Below the pieces are notes generated by a model. That model was given only the letters and a program-made list of their open reading frames with translations. It did not search any database and was not told the DNA's origin. 49,881 bases of DNA from Prorocentrum cordatum. Its lineage: Eukaryota. The first letter of the stretch is position 1; every line of letters starts with the position of its first letter. The translations under genes and the position numbers were made by a program. Below are positions 43,701-49,881 of the stretch, one piece after another. The DNA lies in NCBI GenBank assembly GCA_963575745.1, contig CAUYUJ010000103.1, forward strand, positions 620,001-669,881. The letters are read 5' to 3'.

Positions 43701-43878
43701 CCTCCTCCTCCTCCTCCTCCTCCTCCTCCTCCTCCTCCTCCTCCTCCTCGGCCACTCCCGCCTCATGTTATAGGGCCGCTCCCGCGCGCAGCCCGCAGAG
43801 GCTCAGCTCCAGACGGCGCTCGCGGCCGGCGCGGGCGACGAGCACCTCCGGAAGTCGCTGCTCGCCAGCATGGAGGAG
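31932..43878 (+). CDS. Spliced gene for an RNA-binding protein with two hnRNP F/H/ESRP-like (quasi-)RRMs and two winged-helix/LOTUS-like repeats; 3' end unresolved
   Basis: Manually joined, phase-compatible exons: 31932-32039, 33118-33433, 33589-34286, 36289-36510, 37006-37128, 37269-37356, 37540-37908, 38308-38518, 41937-42060, 43801-43878 (2337 nt, 779 aa, no stops). RRM signatures LQLRGLPY...GRPSGFA...RYVEVF and VKLRGLPF...GRKSGIA...RYIEVF. Confidence 0.8.
33118..33433 (+). CDS. Exon 2 of RRM gene (first winged-helix-like repeat)
   Basis: AG|G acceptor; LLLSDLGALLPP..VKERGGLRSTLQRFGQLFSV; GC donor created by the MITE target-site duplication. Confidence 0.82.
33441..33587. mobile_element. 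MITE (family A) acting as an intron (introner)
   Basis: Perfect 8-bp TSD ggccaacg (33433-33440, 33588-33595); imperfect ~22-bp TIRs tcaagtcgggcacgtccctcta / tagggggacacgcccgacctga; intron 33434-33588 is GC..AG and restores the frame. Confidence 0.9.
33589..34286 (+). CDS. Exon 3 of RRM gene (RRM1 + second winged-helix-like repeat)
   Basis: LQLRGLPYRAT...RYVEVF then LLLSMLGVALSP..LKRTDQGLKQFLLKHPQVLAVEG; putative GA donor CAG|GA. Confidence 0.87.
34490..34800. repeat. (GAC)n degenerate microsatellite in an intron
   Basis: Direct reading. Confidence 0.95.
37540..37908 (+). CDS. Exon 7 of RRM gene (RRM2)
   Basis: VKLRGLPFDSTDQDVYCFF...MGTRYIEVF; AG|G acceptor; donor G|GCAAG (alternative donor after 37925 paired with acceptor at 38304). 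Confidence 0.87.
39075..39226. repeat. Perfect 76-bp tandem duplication
   Basis: cgcaggttcggggagcc...cagcttcccg at 39075 and 39151. Confidence 0.9.
40599..40925. mobile_element. MITE family A copy interrupted by a (CCT)n insertion
   Basis: Degenerate TIRs; TSD ctgcagct/ccacagct (2 mismatches). Confidence 0.75.
41589..41915. mobile_element. Foldback/MITE family B (long TIRs, GC-rich core); related copies at ~31570-31810, 34880-35040, 35980-36110, 42740-42980
   Basis: TIR ggggaacaaaaaagtggcataaacataaaaactcgga and its reverse complement; flanks cgatcagtgc/tgatccgtgc (possible 9-10 bp TSD); shared core ggcggcgcctccggcgccgcccctggcgcgctccgcgcgccagg. Confidence 0.8.
42079..42279. mobile_element. 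MITE family A copy (reverse orientation, extended inverted arms)
   Basis: Perfect TSD gcgtaagg (42071-42078, 42280-42287); inverted arms of roughly 60-70 bp. Confidence 0.88.
42500..42690. mobile_element. Small TIR element
   Basis: agtatcgcttaaccgatccc ... gggatcggttaaacgatact inverted ends. Confidence 0.6.
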
Positions 43879-44319
43879 GCGGGGGCCGCCCCCGATCGCC
43901 GGCCCGCGGCGTCGGCCGCTGCGTCGGCCGCGATATGCCGCGAGGGCCCGCGGCGCGAGCCGGGTCGGCCCGAGCTTCGCCGGCCTGCGCCGGGGCCGCC
44001 CGCGCGCCGGCCCGCGGCGGTCCGAGCTCGGTGCGGCGAGCCCGATGCCTGTCGGGTCCGAGCTCGGCGCGGCGCGGCGGTGCGAGCTCGACGCGCGGCG
44101 GTCCGAGCTCGGCGCGGCGAGCCGGCTCCGCCCTACTTTCGGGGGAAATTCGTGAGTAGGGCTTGGAATTTTTTCGCCTTACTTCTCAGGCCCCGCGGAT
44201 GCAAATTTCCACCCTACTTTTTGGCTTCTTATAGGTGGATTTCCGACGCAATTGTAAGTCGGAAAAAAAAGCCAAAGTAGGGCGGATCTGGAGTCAGGGC
44301 GATGTCTTCGGGCCTCCCA

Positions 44320-44495
44320 GATGGGCTCGGAGCAGATGGGGTCGGAGGATCGCGCCGCACCGCCGGCACATCGCCGATGCGGCTCGATGTTATGCCCCTG
44401 CTCTCTCCGCGCTGGCGTCGCCGCAGAACCGCCAGAGTCGCCGGTGCATCGGCGATGCGGCGCGATCCTCCGACCCCATCTGCTCGGACCCCGTC
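44320..44495. mobile_element. Palindromic foldback element family F; second copy ~38800-39000
   Basis: agcagatggggtcggaggatcgcgccgca ... tgcggcgcgatcctccgaccccatctgct inverted arms. Confidence 0.7.
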
Positions 44496-46291
44496 TACAT
44501 CCCTCTGCGAAACCTGTAGCAAGTTTTTCCTGCGCCGCGTCGGCCCCTCCAGACCCCAGAATTTCGACGTTGATGCCGAGACACGTGACCTCAAAATGTT
44601 CGTCGGCGTCCGCGGACCAGGCCGCGCGCGCAACCGAACATTAAAACACTGGGAGCGAGGGTGATGATGTCTTAACCTACTTTAGCCTTAACCAGAAAGA
44701 GCTTCGAGCACCAGTACCGAAACTGCAGGGCTTCCACGTGTCGGGCCCTGGGAGGCGATACTCGTTCGACACCGTTTCGACATTTTTCTGGGGTGCTCGA
44801 AATTCTTTCTGGGATGTGGTCCTTCAGGGTGCTCCTCCTCCTCCCCCTCCCCCTCCTCCTCCTCCTCCTCCTCCTCCTCCTCCTCCTCCTCTGGGATTAT
44901 TTGTGGGATTATTTCTGGGGTACGATGGGAGCAGCATAACTCTGGGCTCTGGGGCGCTCCTCGGGCTCAAAAGACTGGAGAGGCGTGGCCGAGGCCCGCC
45001 ATGGCCGGCAAGGCCCCATCGTCGCGCTTCTCTCGGCGCCGCTGGTGGCAGCGCGGGGAGGGCACCTCGGCGGCGAGCCCAGAGGGGGAACCCGCCTTCT
45101 CGGCAGGGGAAGCAGAGGGGGAAACCCCGAGAGAGAGAAGCCGCCCTCGCAGAAGGCCCGGAGGGGCCGGCCTTCCTACCCCGCAGACAGAGGGTGGCGC
45201 TGCCCAGGAGGCTTCAAACATTGAACATGCAAGAGACGCGGTAGGATGGGAGCAACATATAACCCAGACGTCCGACGTCTCGATTCTTTCGAGACACGGG
45301 GCCCCCGACCTCCCGACCACTTCGCCAGGACCGGTTTCTCGTCCCGAGTCGTTTCTTGACGGCCCCGAGGCCCGGCGAGGGCCTCGAGAGGCCGAAAACC
45401 ACATAAAACCGCCGTCTCGATTTTTTCGAGACGCCCGATGTCTGGGAAAACCGAACAGGAGGAGGAGGAGGAGGAGGAGGAGGAGGAGGAGGAGGAGGCG
45501 GAGGAGGAGGAGGCAGAGGCGGAGGCGGAGGAGGCGGAGGCGGAGGAGAGAGGCGGAGGAGGAGGAGGCGGAGGCGGAGGCGGAGGAGGAGGAGGAGGAG
45601 GCGGAGGAGGAGGAGGAGTAAGCAACTGGGGGCGAGGGCTGGTCGGCAGAGCTCGCGCCCTGCGCTTCGCGGGGCGCGGAGGGAGGCCTCGGCCCTCGTG
45701 CGGCCAGGCATGCCAGCCCTCCTCCTCCTCCTCCTCCTCTCTCCTCCTCCTCCTCCTCCTCCTCCTCCTCCTCCTCCTCCTCCTCCTCCTCCTCTCGGCC
45801 GTCGCTTCGTCGTCTTCCTCTCTCCGCCTGCGTGGTGACACGATTCGCTCAACGGCAGCCTTTTTCCGCTTTCTCGCCAGCGCATTGGCTCTGCCAAGCC
45901 GCCGACGAACCAAAAACAGTTTGTATCCAGCGCGTGGCCTCAAGATGTTCCACGTGCGAGGCGTTCCAGGAAGGGCCTGCGGCCCTGCCGGCGGGAGCAG
46001 ACGGAAGGCTGGCGGAAGAGCGAAGTACAACATGCGTCTTCAAGAGATGCCAGTCTTTCTTGTCGGGAGTGGGAACGTCTACAGTACCAGCGGCAGACTG
46101 CTCTTCAATCCCAGGGCTTTTGAGGGTCGGGGGCGACGTCGGGGTGGTGTGGCGTATACTTTTCGTCCTCTTCCTAAGGGAAACAACAGAACATGCATAC
46201 ACCAGGATCCCTGCACACCAGGATCCGCTTTCCTGTTTGCAAGCTTCAGCGCATGGCCGGAAACGGCGTCGGTGTGTATGTATTTATATTT

Positions 46292-46326
<35 letters not shown>

Positions 46327-46433
46327 AAAAAAAGAGAGAGAGAGAGAGATACGGCTCCCTATTTTGTGTTCAGGGTTTCTGAAAGCCGCCACGTGAATAC
46401 AGCCACGCGTGTCTCCAGCTTCCAGCCCCTCGC

Positions 46434-47555
46434 GGAGGAGGGGGAGAAGGAGGGGGACTGGGAGGACGAGGGGGAGGAGGAGGAGGAGGAGGAGGAGGAC
46501 GAGGGGGAGGAGGAGGAGGAGGAGGAGGAGGAGGAGGAGGAGGAGGAGGAGGAGGAGGGGAGGCAGGAGCAGGAGGAGCAGGGCAGGAGGAGCAGGAGGG
46601 GGAGCAGGTTGGAGGGGAGCAGGAGGGTGAGAGGGGGAGCAGGAGGAGGGGGAGGGGGAGGGGGAGGGGGGGGAGGAGGAGGAAGGAGGATGGAGGAGGA
46701 GGAGGAGGAGGAGGAGGAGGAGGAGGAGGAGAGGAGGGACGAGGACGAGAGGAGGAGGAGAAGGAGGGAGGAGGAGGACAACGAGAAGGAGGTAGGAGGA
46801 GGAGGAGGAGGTGGAGGGTGAAGGAGGAGGGGGAGGAGAGGAGACGGAGGAGGAGGAGGAGGACGGAGGGGAGGAAGGAGGAGGAGGAGGAGGAGGAGGA
46901 TGGAGGAGGAGGAGGAGGAGGAGGAGGAGGGAAGGGGGCGTGGAGGAGGTAGGAGGAGGGAGGAGGAGGAGGAAGGAGGAGGAGGAGGAAGAGGAGGGAC
47001 GGGGGGACGAGGAGGAGGAGGAGGAGGAGGCTGAGGAGGGGCGGGGATAGGAGAAGGAAGGGAGGAGGAGGACAACGAGAAGGATGTGGGAGAGGAGGAG
47101 GGAGGAGGAGGAGGAGGAGGGGAGGAGAGGAGGAGGAGGGAGGATGAGGAGGAGGAGGAAGGAGGAGGGGGAGGATGGGGAGGATGGGGAGGAGGAGGAG
47201 GAGAGGAGGAGGAGGAGGAGGTGGGAGGAGGAGGGAGGAGGAGGAGAAGAGGAGCAGGTACAGGAGGAGGAGGAGGACGGAGGAGGGGTGGAGGAGGAGG
47301 AGGAGGAGGTAGGAGGAGGAGCGGAGCAGGTGCAGGAGGAGGAGCAGGAGCAGGAGGAGGAGGAGGAGGGGAGGAGGTGGGAGGAGGAAGGAGGGGAGGG
47401 GGGAGGAAGGAGGAGCGGAGGAGGGGAGGAGGAGGGCGGAGGAGGCGGAGGAGGGAAGGAGGTGGCACAGCGAGGAGGACGAGGAGGAGGAGGAGGAGGA
47501 GGAGGAGGAGTAGGAGGAGGAGGATGAGGAGGAGGAGGAGGAGGAGGAGGAGGAG
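46434..47555. repeat. Degenerate (GGA)n tract
   Basis: Direct reading. Confidence 0.95.
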
Positions 47556-47654
47556 GGGGGGCCCACCGCGCCGAAGCAAGAACACCGCGCGGACCTCCCC
47601 GAGAGTCTGTGCTGCTTCTATGGTGTGCGGCCGGCCGCTGCCGTGGCCGCCTCC

Positions 47655-49881
47655 GTCGTCGTCGCCGTCGCCGTCGTCGTTGTCGTCGCCGCCGTCGTCG
47701 TCGTCTTCGTCGTCGTCGTCGTCCTCGTCGTCCTTGTCGGCGCCCTCGTCGTCGTCATCGTCGTCGTCGTAGTCGTCGTCGTCGCCCTCATCGTCGTCGT
47801 CGTCATCGTCATTGTCGTCGTCGGCATCCTCGTCGCCGTGGTCGTCGACGTCGTTTTTGTTCGTCCTCGTCGTCGTCCTCGTCGTCGTCGTCGTCGTCGC
47901 CCTCGTTGTCGTCGTCCTCGTCGTCGCCCTCGTCGTCGTCGTTGCTTTCGTCGTCGTCGTCATCATCGTCGTCGCCCTCGTCGTCGTCGTCGTCGTCGTC
48001 GTCTTTGTCCTCGTCGTCGCCCTAGTCCTCCTCCTCGTCGCCCTCGTCGTCGTCGTCGTCGTCGTAATCGTCGTCGCCCTCGTCGTCGTCGTCGTCGCCG
48101 TCAGCGTCCTCGTCTTCGTCCTCGTCCTCGTCGTCGCCCTCGTCGTCATCGTCGCCCTCGTCGTCGTCGTGGTCGCCCTCGTCGCCATAGTGGTCGTCGT
48201 CGTCGCCCTCGTCGTCCTCGTGTCGCCCTCGTCGTCGTAGTCGTGGTCGTCGTCGTCGCGCCCTCGTCGTCCTCGTTCGTCGCCCTCGTCGTCGTCATCG
48301 TAGTCGTCATCGTCGTCGTCATCGTTGTGGGCGTCCCTTTCGCGCCATCGTTAGACCCGTCGTCCTTGTCGTCGCCCTCGTCCTCGTCGTCGTCGTCGTG
48401 GTCGCCCTCGTCGTCCTTGTCGTCGCCCTCGTCGTCGTCATCGTCGTCGTCGCCCTCGGCGTCCTTGTCGTCGCCCTCGTCGTCTTCGCCGTCGTCGTCG
48501 TCGTCGCCCTCGTCGTTCTTGTCGTCGCCCTCGTCGTCCTCGTCGTCGTCGTTGTCGTCGTGGTCGCCCCCGTCGTCCTTGTCGTCGCCATCGTCGTTGT
48601 CGTTGTCCTCGTCGTGGTCGTCGTCGTCGTTGTCCTGTCGTCGCCCTCGGCGTCCTTGTCGTTGGCCTCGTCGTCGTCGTCGTCGTCGCCCCCGTCGTCC
48701 TTGTCGTCGCCCGTCGTCCTCGTCGTCATCGTTGTCGTCGTCGTCGTCGTGGTCGCCGTCGTCGTCCTTGTCGTCGCCCTCGTCGTCGTCGTCGTCGCCG
48801 TCGTGGTCGTCGCCCTCGTCGTCGTCCTTGTCGTCGCCCTCGTCGTCATCGTCGTCGTCCTCGTCGTCGTCGTCTCCCTCGTCGTCGTCGTCGTGGTCGT
48901 CGCCCTCGCCGTCCTTGTCGTCGCCCTCGTTGTCGTCGTCGTCGTCGTCGCCCTCGTGGTCCTTGTCGTCGCCCTCGTCGTCGCCCTCCGCGTCGTCGTG
49001 GTTCTCGTCGTCGTCGTCGTCGTCCTCGTCGTCGCCCTCGTCTTTCTTGTCGTCGCCCTCGTCGCCGTCGTCGTCGAAGTCGTCCTCGTCGTCACCATCG
49101 TCGTCCTTGTCGTCGGCGCCCTCGTCGTCGTCGTCGTTGCCCTCGTCGTCCTTGTGGTCGCGCTCGTTCGTCGTCGTCGTCGTCGTCGCCCTCGTCGTCC
49201 TTTTCGTCGCCCTCGTCGTCGTCGTCGTCATCGTCGTCGTCGCCCTCGTCGTCCTCGTCGTCGCCCTCGTCGTCGTCGTCGTCCTTGTCGTTGTCGTGGC
49301 CATCGTCGCCCTCGTCGTCGTCCTCGTCCTCGTCGTGGTCGTCGTCGTCGTCACCCTCGTCGTCCTTGTCGTCGCCCTCGTCGTCCTCGTCGTCCTTGTC
49401 GTCGCCCTCGTCGTCCTTGTTGTCGCCCTCGTCGTTGTCCTTATCGTCGTCGTGGTCGCCCTCGTTGTCCTTGTCTTCGCCCTCGTCGTCGTCGTTGTCG
49501 TCATCGTCCTGTCGTCGCCCTCGCCGTCCTTGTCGTCGCCCCCGTCGTCGTCGTCGTCGTCCTCGTCGTCCTCGTCGTCGTCCTCGTCGTCCTCGTCGTC
49601 GCCCTCGGCGTCCTTGTCGTTGGCCTCGTCGTCGTCGTCGTCGTCGCCCTTGTCGTCCTTGTCGTCGCCCTCGTCGTCGTCGTCGCCCTCGTCGTCGTCG
49701 CCGTCGTCGTTGTCGTCGCCCTCGTCGTCGTCTTCGTCGTCGCCCTCGTCGTCCTCGTCGTCGCCCTCGTCGTCGTCGCCCTCGTCGTCCTTGTCGAGGT
49801 TTCGTCGTCGTCGTCGCCCTCGTCCTTGTCGTCGCCCTCGTCGTCGTCGTCGCCCCCGTCGTCCTCGTCGTCGCCCTCGTC
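47655..49881. repeat. Long degenerate (GTC)n tract with higher-order gtcgccctc / gtccttgtc subunits
   Basis: Direct reading; runs to window end. Confidence 0.95.

Noticed and set aside
44994..46124. Candidate further exons of the RRM gene (from 44994 ARHGRQGPIVALL..., or 46008-46124 AGGRAKYNMRLQEMPVFLVGSGNVYSTSGRLLFNPRAFE)
   Set aside because: Phase-compatible, but there is no way to choose between them or confirm splice sites without transcripts.
1..49881. tRNA, rRNA or prokaryotic RT systems (retron, DGR, group II intron)
   Set aside because: No cloverleaf or rRNA motifs seen; the RT is fused to an APE domain, diagnostic of a eukaryotic non-LTR element.

Overview
GC-rich, repeat-dominated eukaryotic genomic DNA, most likely from a dinoflagellate. 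This is inferred from GC/GA intron donors, AG|G exon starts and a degenerate spliced-leader-like motif. Almost all ORFs in the supplied track are artefacts of GC richness and trinucleotide tracts. (1) A 5.2-kb apparently full-length non-LTR retrotransposon lies on the minus strand (24090-29311) inside a (GGA)n tract. It encodes an APE endonuclease, an RT (YADG instead of YADD) and C-terminal zinc fingers, and has no upstream ORF1. A second, protein-like 247-aa ORF lies downstream of and nested within the pol ORF, and the element ends in a (TCTTA)3 tail. (2) A plus-strand spliced gene (at least 10 exons, 31932-43878, about 779 aa) encodes two hnRNP-F/H-type RRMs alternating with two winged-helix-like repeats. 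One of its introns is a precisely spliceable MITE (introner). (3) Six copies of that 8-bp-TSD MITE are present, along with several other MITE/foldback families and satellites. (4) Several of the many (CCT)n tracts are flanked by 20-33 bp direct duplications and interrupt other elements, as if they had been inserted. (5) Low-confidence minus-strand exons occur left of 24 kb.
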